This document shows, piece after piece, positions 20,931 through 29,778 of a DNA stretch of 64,000 bases. The DNA is taken from assembly GCA_965249485.1 (NCBI GenBank), contig OZ252239.1, positions 320,001-384,000 on the forward strand, written 5' to 3'. The first letter of the stretch is position 1; each line of letters opens with the position of its first letter. Source of the stretch: a bacterium (lineage in GTDB: Bacteria; SM23-31). Under the pieces are notes generated by a model. That model worked only from the letters and a program-made list of their open reading frames with translations. It searched no databases and was not told where the DNA came from. The position numbers and the translations under genes were made by a program.

Positions 20931-21101
20931 TTATTCTCCCCAATCTTCTTCAGTCTGCGGAGCTTCCTGAAGTGAATAAGGATCGATACCAGCGACTTCC
21001 AGGTCTGTTCCACAGTCACCACACTCGATCAGCTCACCCCGCTCAGTATCGTCTGCAAGCTCAACATCGGCACCACACACAGGGCATTCTGCACTTGCCA
21101 T
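20931..21101 (-). CDS. lysW: Amino-group carrier protein LysW (56 aa), absent from the ORF track
   Basis: MASAECPVCGADVELADDTERGELIECGDCGTDLEVAGIDPYSLQEAPQTEEDWGE: two CxxC pairs, acidic, C-terminal EDWGE. AAGGAAGAG RBS. Confidence 0.97.
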   Translation of the reverse strand: MASAECPVCGADVELADDTERGELIECGDCGTDLEVAGIDPYSLQEAPQTEEDWGE

Positions 21102-21432
21102 GCTTCTCTTCCTTTCACTATATTTTGATCAGAAATAAACTTTTAAATATACATAAAATTTTGTATTTTTACAAATTCTAAATTAATCACACAGTTCCTT
21201 CGAATAACGGCTTTGCATAATATTGCAATTTCGAAACATTTATGCTTATTATTCGTTATTAAATAACGTAAAATGCTACTTTTGTCAAACAATATTAATA
21301 TTTATTGTATTTTGACAAAATATTATTCACATTCGATTTCATCGCGTTATTGATGTTTCTGTCTGAGGAAATTCTCATATTTTTTTGCTCCGGAGGCACT
21401 GCTCTCATTTTAAGTAATGAAAGGTCCACTTT

Positions 21433-22578
21433 ATGGCAGTTATCAAAGGATTTAAAGGCTACCGGTATAATCAGGACAAAGTAAGCCCGCAAAATGTTAT
21501 CACGCCTCCTTATGATGTCATCGATTCCGATTACAAAGCACAACTAATAGCTTTATCACCGTACAATTTTGTGAATGTTATCCTCAACGACGACCATGTA
21601 AAATCAAACGAACTATTGAATTCAATGATTGAGAAAGGTGTCATCGTCCGGGATGGCAGCGATTCACTCTATGTGTATGAGCAGCAGTATTCGGCAAACA
21701 AGAAACATTACACGAGAACTGGATTTGTCTGTCTGCTGCAAATTGAGGAATTCGGAACCAACGTTTTACCTCATGAGCGCACGTTTGAGAAACATGTTGC
21801 TGACCGGTATGATCTAATGTGTAAAACGAAATCGGATGTCGGTCAGATTTTTCTCATTTATGAGGATGAGGAAAATGCGATTGACAGGCTGCTGGAGGAG
21901 CAAAAATCCCGCGCAGAAGATATTGAATACGTCGATCAGGATGAAAATGTCCACCGAATGTGGCGGATCAGTGATGAGGATATCATTTCTAAAATTATAT
22001 CAATAATGGATCCCAAAGTACTCCTCATTGCGGACGGCCATCACCGCTACAAGACCGCGGTTAAATACAATAAGGAGAACAGCAGTAAAACGCATGTCAT
22101 GACTACACTCGTCAATGCATATAATGAAGGACTTGTTATCCTTCCTACAAACAGGATTTTGAATATTACTTTTGATATCAACACTCTGAATGATCACTTC
22201 GATATTGAGCCGTTGGATTCGTTTGATTTTGAGCCAATACCACGCTCGTTTGTTGTGGCCAATCCATCCGAAAAGCACAGAGTCACCCTGAAAGAGGGGT
22301 ACGATAACGAGCTCGATGTTGTGATTCTGCACGATCTTATTTTTGATAAAATTCTGACTCTCACCGAAGAACAATTAACACAACCGAATATAGAGCTTGT
22401 CAAGGGTAATGAATTGACAATTCAGAAAATCGCAAACGGAAAGACGGTATTTTTCGTGAATCCACCCTCACTAAAACAAACATTCGAAATTGCGAATTCA
22501 GACAGAGTTTTGCCTCAGAAATCGACCTTCTTTTATCCGAAGGTGTTTTCGGGCTTAGTATTTAACAGATGGGAGTAA
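21433..22578 (+). CDS. DUF1015 family protein (ParB/Srx-like core)
   Basis: PPYDVI, LPHERT, IADGHHRY and PQKSTFFYPK motifs. Confidence 0.9.
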   Translation: MAVIKGFKGYRYNQDKVSPQNVITPPYDVIDSDYKAQLIALSPYNFVNVILNDDHVKSNELLNSMIEKGVIVRDGSDSLYVYEQQYSANKKHYTRTGFVCLLQIEEFGTNVLPHERTFEKHVADRYDLMCKTKSDVGQIFLIYEDEENAIDRLLEEQKSRAEDIEYVDQDENVHRMWRISDEDIISKIISIMDPKVLLIADGHHRYKTAVKYNKENSSKTHVMTTLVNAYNEGLVILPTNRILNITFDINTLNDHFDIEPLDSFDFEPIPRSFVVANPSEKHRVTLKEGYDNELDVVILHDLIFDKILTLTEEQLTQPNIELVKGNELTIQKIANGKTVFFVNPPSLKQTFEIANSDRVLPQKSTFFYPKVFSGLVFNRWE

Positions 22579-22582
22579 TACT

Positions 22583-23668
22583 ATGGCGAACAAACTATTT
22601 ATCCCGGGACCTGTAGAGGTAGGTAAAGAGGTTCTCGAGGCAATGTCGGGGCCGCAGATCGGCCACCGGACACCCGAATTCAAAGAATTGTTCGGTAGCT
22701 TAAGACCGGGACTGCAGAAGCTGCTCTTCACCGTAGGCGATATACTGATCTCCACGTCCACCGGATCCGGATTTTGGGAAGCCGCTATACGGTGCTGCGT
22801 CGGAACGAAGGCGCTTCATGCTGTGAACGGTGCATTTTCTAAAAAATGGTCAACTATTTCCGAAAGCTGCGGCCGTCAGGTAGAGCGAATCACGTACGAT
22901 TTCGGAAAAGGTGTTAAAGCAGACGATGTCGATAAAGCATTGTCGCAGGGTGGTTTCGATGCATTCTGCATAGTCCACAACGAAACATCCACCGGTGTTG
23001 CATCAGATCTTGCAACTATTTCCGAAGTCATGAGGCAGTATCCGGATGTTCTTTTTCTGGTCGATGCCGTTTCTTCATTGTCGGGCATGAAAATTGAAGT
23101 CGATAAACTTGGAATCGACATGTGCCTTGCCTCGACACAGAAAGCGCTTGCAATACCTCCGGGACTTGCTGTGTGTACAGTAAGTGAGCGGGCGTATGAG
23201 CGGGCAAAAACGATCGAAGGCAGAGGATATTATTTCGATATTCTCGAACTGAAAAAAGCCTATGATGGTGATCAAACACCGTATACTGCATCGATACCGC
23301 ATTTGTACGCTCTTCAGAAGCGTCTCGAACTCATCGAGCAGGAAGGTATCGAGAACAGATTTAAACGACATACAGAAATGGCCGAATTCGTCCGTGGATG
23401 GGCAGCCGGACAAGGATTTGAACCGTTCCCTGAAGAAGGTTGTCTGTCAGATACGGTCGGCTGTTTCATTAACACGAAAGATGTGAATTTTGCCGACATC
23501 AAAAAAGATTTACGCTCCAAAGGGTATTCCGTCGACTCCGGTTACGGAAATCTCAACAAAAAATTGCTTGAAGAGGGTAAACCGCAGACGTTCAGAATCC
23601 CCACGATGGGAGATATTACAATCGATGACTTAAAAGAGTATACGGCAAAGCTCGAAGAATATTTTTAA
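22583..23668 (+). CDS. Class V PLP aminotransferase (serine-pyruvate/alanine-glyoxylate type; probable SerC function)
   Basis: FIPGP, HNETSTG, VDAVSS, STQKAL and TPYT motifs; lies between DUF1015 and serA. Confidence 0.85.
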   Translation: MANKLFIPGPVEVGKEVLEAMSGPQIGHRTPEFKELFGSLRPGLQKLLFTVGDILISTSTGSGFWEAAIRCCVGTKALHAVNGAFSKKWSTISESCGRQVERITYDFGKGVKADDVDKALSQGGFDAFCIVHNETSTGVASDLATISEVMRQYPDVLFLVDAVSSLSGMKIEVDKLGIDMCLASTQKALAIPPGLAVCTVSERAYERAKTIEGRGYYFDILELKKAYDGDQTPYTASIPHLYALQKRLELIEQEGIENRFKRHTEMAEFVRGWAAGQGFEPFPEEGCLSDTVGCFINTKDVNFADIKKDLRSKGYSVDSGYGNLNKKLLEEGKPQTFRIPTMGDITIDDLKEYTAKLEEYF

Positions 23669-23680
23669 TAAGGAAGAGCT

Positions 23681-24874
23681 ATGAAGGTAACGATTCCCGA
23701 TACGGTCAGCAAAACGGCTGCCTCGACATTCGAAAATACGGGGTTTTTCGTAACACAAAAACCCGGCATTGAGATTGATGAGTGCAGCGAGCTGAGCAAA
23801 GATGCAGATGCAGTAGTTGTTCGGAGTTACAAGCTTCACGATCTGGTATTCGGCGAATCACTTAAGGCAATCGGTCGAGCAGGAGCAGGCGTCAATAACA
23901 TTCCCGTTGATAAATGTACCGATCAGGGTGTGGTTGTTTTCAATACACCTGGAGCAAACGCAAATGGCGTAAAAGAGTTAATATTCTGCGGTATGTTCCT
24001 CGCCGCGCGAAAGATAGTCAGCGGTATAAACTGGACTTCCACGATTAAGGATACCGGAAGTGAGGTGCCAAAGCTGATTGAAAAAAACAAAAGCCTTTTC
24101 AAAGGGACCGAAATCAAGGGAAAAAATCTTGGGGTCATCGGTCTGGGCGCAATCGGCATGCTCACCGCGAATGATGCGAATGCACTTGGGATGAATGTTT
24201 CAGCGTATACCCGGTCATTTTCAAATGATAAGAGGAAAAATTTATCTCCGGGAATCAAAACAGTCGAAACAATTGAAGAACTGCTGCCTGATTCGGATTT
24301 TCTTTCAATCAATATTGCTGTAAACAGCCAAACTGAAGGCTTGTTCAATGAAGATATGTTTACAAAAATGAAACCGGGAGTTAAGATCATTAATTTTGCC
24401 CGGAACGAGCTGGTTAATACGGACGATCTCCTTGCAGCGATTCAATCGGGAATTGTGTCCTCGTATGTCACCGATTTTCCCAGTGCGGCATTAATCGATG
24501 TTGAAAACGTTATCGCAATTCCCCATCTTGGCGCATCAACCGCTGAGGCAGAAGAGAACTGTGCGGTTATGGTTTCGGACCAAATCGTCGATTACCTCAT
24601 AAACGGGAATATTGTCAATTCGGTAAACTTTCCTGACTGTTCGTTGGAACGCAGCGGAGAAAACAGAGTTGCCGTTTTTTCTAATAGTGACGGCGCTGCT
24701 TCAGGGGCAATAAAAGCGCTCCTGAACGAATCATCAGTAACGGTTAATGACACCGTTTCCGAGAGACCCGGCAATATTATGTATATGCTAATAGATACGG
24801 CTGATTCGCTTTCCGAGGATGTGATGCAAAAACTCAGTGGACTCAACGGTATCGTAACGGTACGGCGGATTTAG
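23681..24874 (+). CDS. serA: D-3-phosphoglycerate dehydrogenase-like protein, paralog 1 (NADP-type signature, divergent ACT domain)
   Basis: RAGAGVNN, NTPGANAN, GLGAIG, NFARNE and PHLGAST motifs. Confidence 0.75.
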   Translation: MKVTIPDTVSKTAASTFENTGFFVTQKPGIEIDECSELSKDADAVVVRSYKLHDLVFGESLKAIGRAGAGVNNIPVDKCTDQGVVVFNTPGANANGVKELIFCGMFLAARKIVSGINWTSTIKDTGSEVPKLIEKNKSLFKGTEIKGKNLGVIGLGAIGMLTANDANALGMNVSAYTRSFSNDKRKNLSPGIKTVETIEELLPDSDFLSINIAVNSQTEGLFNEDMFTKMKPGVKIINFARNELVNTDDLLAAIQSGIVSSYVTDFPSAALIDVENVIAIPHLGASTAEAEENCAVMVSDQIVDYLINGNIVNSVNFPDCSLERSGENRVAVFSNSDGAASGAIKALLNESSVTVNDTVSERPGNIMYMLIDTADSLSEDVMQKLSGLNGIVTVRRI

Positions 24875-25224
24875 GACAATGCCACAGAAGTGCTTCAATG
24901 TCGGTTCTCTCAATACTACCTTTGCTGAGAGCCGGATTCTGTTGATTTCTCTACCGTGTTTTTCCTTCGAAAAGGTTCGCATTCATACGAGTTAGCCTCC
25001 TACAACATAGTACTCTACTATTTCCCCCAATTTTTACACTCGATTCTTACAAAATAAATTTGTACATTAAGTGTTTCAATTTCGTCATTTATCCGATCAC
25101 ACCCGAGCCCGTGACACAATCATCAACCAGCCGGTCACCCGCTCCGGTCAATCTCTATTATAATTTTTTTCAGAAATATGATTGAATTGCTAAAAGACAT
25201 GAAAGGCGTTATACCAAAAACAAA

Positions 25225-26436
25225 ATGGCAGGTACCACAATGAAAATCGTAATTCCCGATAAGGTGAGCAAGACTTCCGCAAAATTGTTCACTGATGCTC
25301 AGTTCGATGTTACACACAAAGCAGGTATTGACATCAAAGATTGTTCTAAGCTTTCAATAAATGCAGACGGCATTGTCGTCAGAAGTTACAATCTTCATGC
25401 ATTGGAAATTTCATCATCATTGAAAGCAATCGGGAGAGCTGGTTCAGGTGTCAACAATATTCCCGTAAATACCTGTACCGAGAAAGGCATCGTTGTCTTT
25501 AACACGCCCGGTGCAAATGCAAATGCAGTGAAGGAACTGGTATTGTGCGGGCTGCTGATGTCCTCGAGAAATGTGGTTGCCGGCGTGAATTGGCTTGATA
25601 CATTAAGAGAGACTGATCAAGACACCGTTCAGCTTGTCGAGAAGAATAAAAGTATGTTCAAGGGCTCCGAGATTATGGGGAAGAGACTCGGTGTAATCGG
25701 ATTGGGATCAATTGGAATGCTGGTTGCCAATGCGGCAGAATCGCTCGGTATGTCTGTTACAGGATACGACCCATTTATATCGGTAGACAATGCCTGGCAG
25801 CTTTCAAGTACCGTTAAAAAAGCCGACGAATTGAATTCATTGCTTGCAGAGTCTGACTTTTTGTCACTTCATGTTCCGCTCAATGATTCGACAAAAGGGT
25901 TTTTGAATAAAAAGCTCTTTTCAAAGATGAAAAAAGGGATTAGGGTCATGAATTTTTCCCGGGGCGAACTTGTTGATGGAAAAGACCTCGTGAAAGCGCT
26001 CGATAACGATATCGTGATCAAATATGTAACCGATTTTCCGTCAAAGGAACTACTCGGAATAAAGAATGTTGTCTGTGTACCACATCTCGGGGCATCGACC
26101 GCTGAAGCGGAAGAAAACTGTGCTGTCATGGTATCAAATCAGATGATCGATTTTATGAAAAACGGAAACATCAAGCATTCGGTTAATTTTCCCAACTGCA
26201 CTCTCGACAGAAACGGTGAAACGCGTTTGATCATTATTAATCAGAATATCCCGGCGATGATTGAGAAAATAACGAGGATCATTGCAGAAGAGAAGCTCAA
26301 TATCACAGAAATGATCAACAAGAGCCGCGGTGACATCGCGTATAACATTGTCGATGTGAGCGGATCGATTACCGAAGGGGCACTCAAGAAAATCGGCGAA
26401 GCCGAAGGGATTATACGGGTTCGAAAGATCGCGTAA
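25225..26436 (+). CDS. serA: D-3-phosphoglycerate dehydrogenase, paralog 2 (start 25225 or 25240)
   Basis: RAGSGVNN, GLGSIG..GYDPF, NFSRGE, PHLGAST and a canonical-looking ACT domain (NQNIPAMI..NITEMINKSRGDIAY). Confidence 0.88.
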   Translation: MAGTTMKIVIPDKVSKTSAKLFTDAQFDVTHKAGIDIKDCSKLSINADGIVVRSYNLHALEISSSLKAIGRAGSGVNNIPVNTCTEKGIVVFNTPGANANAVKELVLCGLLMSSRNVVAGVNWLDTLRETDQDTVQLVEKNKSMFKGSEIMGKRLGVIGLGSIGMLVANAAESLGMSVTGYDPFISVDNAWQLSSTVKKADELNSLLAESDFLSLHVPLNDSTKGFLNKKLFSKMKKGIRVMNFSRGELVDGKDLVKALDNDIVIKYVTDFPSKELLGIKNVVCVPHLGASTAEAEENCAVMVSNQMIDFMKNGNIKHSVNFPNCTLDRNGETRLIIINQNIPAMIEKITRIIAEEKLNITEMINKSRGDIAYNIVDVSGSITEGALKKIGEAEGIIRVRKIA

Positions 26437-26458
26437 AACGAATATAACGTTTGAACAT

Positions 26459-26487
26459 AAGAGGCGGGTTTTATACCCGCCTTTTTT
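26459..26487. terminator. Intrinsic terminator between convergent serA and OPT genes
   Basis: AAGAGGCGGGT-TTTAT-ACCCGCCTTTTTT hairpin. Confidence 0.8.
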
Positions 26488-26524
26488 ATTGTGATTACTG
26501 CACGTTTAGTTTGATAAATATTAT

Positions 26525-28531
26525 TTACTTTTCACGAAGCGGGCCGGAGCTCACTCGGTAGAGCGTATAGATGACTGCCGCAAGAAGTATAAGTGCAACA
26601 ACACTCATATTGTGAACTCCAAAGAGTGCAAGAACTTCGCTGCTGCCATACACGACAATCGGGATTGCCATAAGTATTCCGACCAGTGCTTCACCTGTGA
26701 TAAGCCCTGCGGCAAAGAGAAGTCCACGACGTTGACCGGTTGATTTGGCAGTCCGTATCTTTTCAATTTTGGATACTTCGACTTCTGATTCTCTGGTGTT
26801 GAACCGTCGTCCAACCAACCAGGCAATAATCCCTCCAATTAAAATCGGCACTTCTAGTTCAAACGGAAGATAAATACCGACGGCCACCGCAAGAACCGGC
26901 GTTCTGAATTCACTGCCACGTTTTTCGAGCCAGAGGTCTAACAAAATAACCAATACAGCAACACCCATACCCATTGTTACGAGACCCCACGGAAGTTCTC
27001 CTCTGAAAACACCTTGTGCAACCGATGCCATGAGTGTAGCCTGCGGTGCTGCCAGCGGATTGGGATGTTCCGGTGTCGGCACACCGAGACCATAGGCATT
27101 TAAAAGGAGTGTCAGAATTGGTGCCATAACAAGTGCTGCTGCCCCAACACCGACGGCCTGCATGATCTGCTGTTTAAAAGGAGTTGCGCCGAGAATATGT
27201 CCTGCCTTTAAGTCCTGCATATTGTCACCGGCGATTGCCGCACCACAGCAGACAACTGCCCCGATGAAGATTGCAGCAGCGGGACCGATCAAGCTTTCAG
27301 GTCCCATTAAAAGTACCAGAAGCAGTGATGAAAATAAAATTGTTGCTATGGTAACACCCGAGGTCGGGTTGTTTGAAGATCCCACAAGCCCTGCCATATA
27401 TGCAGCAACTGAGGAGAAGAGAAATCCAGCTATCAGCATGATGATAGCCATGATCGCCGAAATAAATACGCTCCCCGTAAAATAGTTAAATATGAAAAAA
27501 AGTGGGATTACCAGAATGAGGAGGGCAGTACCTACCCATTGCATCGGGACATCACGATCCATCCGTTTTAATTCCGAAGCACCGCCTTCTTTGATTTTTT
27601 TATATGAATCAACGCCCGATTTAATTCCGCTTACCAAGCTTGTGCGCAACCGAAGTAGCGCCCAGAGACCTCCGACTACCATTGCTCCGACACCGAGATA
27701 TCGTGTCTGTTCCGACCACATCTGACCAGCCGCAGCACCAGCTTCCACTCCTTCCGGGATTCCTTGCATAGCAGACAAGATCGGTATAAAAATCCACCAA
27801 TTGATTGCACCGCCAATAAATATCAGAACTGCGATGTTTAAACCTACAATATAACCGACACCCAGGAGTGCCGGAGATAAATTGGTTCCGATATAGGCAA
27901 TTGAACTGCCTGCATACCTCGCATGCTCAACAACACCCTCCCATAAGCGAAGGCCTGTTTCACTGAATTTAAACATAGCTCCAATTAATCCTGCCCAGGC
28001 TATATATTTTACTTCGTCGCCTCCCTTATCTCCCACTATCAGCACCTCTGCTGTTGCAATTCCTTCCGGAAACTTTAAAGGATTTTCGATGATGAGCGCT
28101 CTGCGGAGTGGAATTGTGAATAATACACCAAGCACACCTCCGAATCCGGCAATCATGGTGGTTTCCCAATAATCAAATTGAGTCCAGGCATTTAAAAACA
28201 ACAATGCCGGTATTGTAAAAATGACACCGGCTGCAAGGCTTTCACCGGCAGATGCAGCAGTTTGAACAATATTATTTTCTAACGTATTTGAGCTTTTAGA
28301 TATGCGCATTGCAACAAATAGACGCAGGACTGCCATAGAAATAACCGCGGCAGGAATCGATGCGGAAACGGTCATCCCGGCAAAGAGTCCCAGGTACGCA
28401 TTCGCTGCACCGAGAATGACCGACAGAATCATCCCCAGGATAATCGCTTTGATGGTAATTTCAGGCAGTATAGTCGAAGCAGGAATGTACGGTTTATGAT
28501 CAGAATCGTTAAGTGGGGAATCGTTAGCCAT
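26525..28531 (-). CDS. OPT-family oligopeptide transporter
   Basis: YLGLFAGMTVSASIPAAV, ENNIVQT, FPEG, GSSNNP, DNMQDLK and APQA motifs. Confidence 0.93.
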   Translation of the reverse strand: MANDSPLNDSDHKPYIPASTILPEITIKAIILGMILSVILGAANAYLGLFAGMTVSASIPAAVISMAVLRLFVAMRISKSSNTLENNIVQTAASAGESLAAGVIFTIPALLFLNAWTQFDYWETTMIAGFGGVLGVLFTIPLRRALIIENPLKFPEGIATAEVLIVGDKGGDEVKYIAWAGLIGAMFKFSETGLRLWEGVVEHARYAGSSIAYIGTNLSPALLGVGYIVGLNIAVLIFIGGAINWWIFIPILSAMQGIPEGVEAGAAAGQMWSEQTRYLGVGAMVVGGLWALLRLRTSLVSGIKSGVDSYKKIKEGGASELKRMDRDVPMQWVGTALLILVIPLFFIFNYFTGSVFISAIMAIIMLIAGFLFSSVAAYMAGLVGSSNNPTSGVTIATILFSSLLLVLLMGPESLIGPAAAIFIGAVVCCGAAIAGDNMQDLKAGHILGATPFKQQIMQAVGVGAAALVMAPILTLLLNAYGLGVPTPEHPNPLAAPQATLMASVAQGVFRGELPWGLVTMGMGVAVLVILLDLWLEKRGSEFRTPVLAVAVGIYLPFELEVPILIGGIIAWLVGRRFNTRESEVEVSKIEKIRTAKSTGQRRGLLFAAGLITGEALVGILMAIPIVVYGSSEVLALFGVHNMSVVALILLAAVIYTLYRVSSGPLREK

Positions 28532-28700
28532 GAATACCTCCTAATGAGAGAAAAGATCAGGTAATAATACACTCAATGAAGTGAGCGCAGTCATCAATAG
28601 CGGTACAGTATAACGAATGGTTTTTTAATTTTTTTGCTTGTGAAATATACAAAACACGCATGGAGTGCACAAGGAAAAAGGGAGAAAATACAGGGAATCC

Positions 28701-28979
28701 TTAGTGAGCAGCATTCCCGTTATGTTCTATAATCCATTTTTGGAGGGCCGAAGCAAAGCGGTCAGGTTTCTGCTTTGCAATGAGGGTAAGCGTGTCTTTC
28801 TTCTTTTCACGCTTTTTTGTTTCTTTTCCGACCTGTTCTTTGAGCAGGCGTGTTTCTCGCTCCAGATCAAATGAATGCCGGTAATGTTTTTTTCGTTTGG
28901 CGGACGGTATACGAACACCGGCACCGATAATAAATAGTATACCGTAGATTGCTAAACAGAAAATCAATATTTTCAACAT
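28701..28979 (-). CDS. Hypothetical membrane-anchored protein with FliF-C-terminus-like tail
   Basis: N-terminal hydrophobic helix, basic coiled region, IAKQKPDRFASALQKWI tail. Confidence 0.5.
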   Translation of the reverse strand: MLKILIFCLAIYGILFIIGAGVRIPSAKRKKHYRHSFDLERETRLLKEQVGKETKKREKKKDTLTLIAKQKPDRFASALQKWIIEHNGNAAH

Positions 28980-29003
28980 ATGTGTGATTTTTATACAATT
29001 ATT

Positions 29004-29031
29004 ACTGTTTTATACAGACTGTTTTATACAG
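29004..29031. repeat. 14-bp direct tandem repeat
   Basis: ACTGTTTTATACAG twice. Confidence 0.8.
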
Positions 29032-29233
29032 CTTGTATAAGTAACCATTACCGCATCAATAAATCAAGTAAAATCGGAATCCATGATACCTGTTTTCACT
29101 TGAATATCAAAATAATTTTACTACATTGCTTGTAAAAATTCTTTCGATATCCTATTTTTGCTATGGACAAAAAACCAAATATTAACAATATTTGTGTTGT
29201 ATAAATCAATCGAACACATTCAGTATATTAATT

Positions 29234-29623
29234 ATGGATAAAACTAATCTCGAAACATTTAGTAACCCCGGAAATAATGACTATCTCATTACCATCGAAC
29301 TGCCGGAGTTTACCGCACTCTGCCCGAAAACGGGTAATCCCGATTTTGCAACGATCCACGTATCGTATATCCCGGATAAGCTCTGCGTTGAATTAAAATC
29401 GTTGAAACTCTTTATTCATTCATACCGAAGTGACGGTGTTTTTCATGAAGCAGTGACGAATGACATTTTCAATATCTTAAGCACGCTTCTCGATCCGAAA
29501 TTTATTCGGGTAATCGGTGATTTCAACAGACGCGGAAACGTGAAAACAGTAGTGACTGTGCAAAAAGCCTTCAAAGACCATGCGCCTGTTGAGATACCCA
29601 TCTACAATCCAAAAGAGATATAG
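29234..29623 (+). CDS. queF: NADPH-dependent preQ0 reductase (type I QueF)
   Basis: PEFTALCPKTGNPDFA, VELKSLKL, FHEAV and FNRRGN motifs. ATG at 29234 preferred. Confidence 0.93.
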   Translation: MDKTNLETFSNPGNNDYLITIELPEFTALCPKTGNPDFATIHVSYIPDKLCVELKSLKLFIHSYRSDGVFHEAVTNDIFNILSTLLDPKFIRVIGDFNRRGNVKTVVTVQKAFKDHAPVEIPIYNPKEI

Positions 29624-29778
29624 TCCGATTATCAATTTTAATGTGCCGGTCCATTGTAATTGATTTGAAGAACAATTTAGAGATAGATTTATCTCGACTC
29701 CTTATTATCTACAGCAGCAGATGAGATCTGCTCGAAATGACAAAAAATAATTTTATGTTAGGAGGAGGATTGCCTGTA

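Noticed and set aside
20927..21022. N-terminal extension of the 425-aa ORF (MVTVEQTW...)
   Set aside because: It overlaps lysW in another frame; homology begins at [14 protein letters not shown] (20926).
15112..21101. Arginine (argBCD) operon or a secondary-metabolite carrier-protein cluster
   Set aside because: LysW, LysX IT/NS signatures and homocitrate synthase point to lysine; no NRPS, transketolase or tailoring genes are nearby.
24901..24960. RNase P RNA-like 3' words (TAGAGAAAT..AACAGAATCCGGCT) on the minus strand
   Set aside because: No GAGGAAAGTCC 5' core or matching upstream helix; treated as coincidence next to a hairpin after serA copy 1.
29005..29031. LexA SOS box (CTGT...ACAG)
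   Set aside because: The spacer is 5 nt, not the 8 nt of the proteobacterial box.
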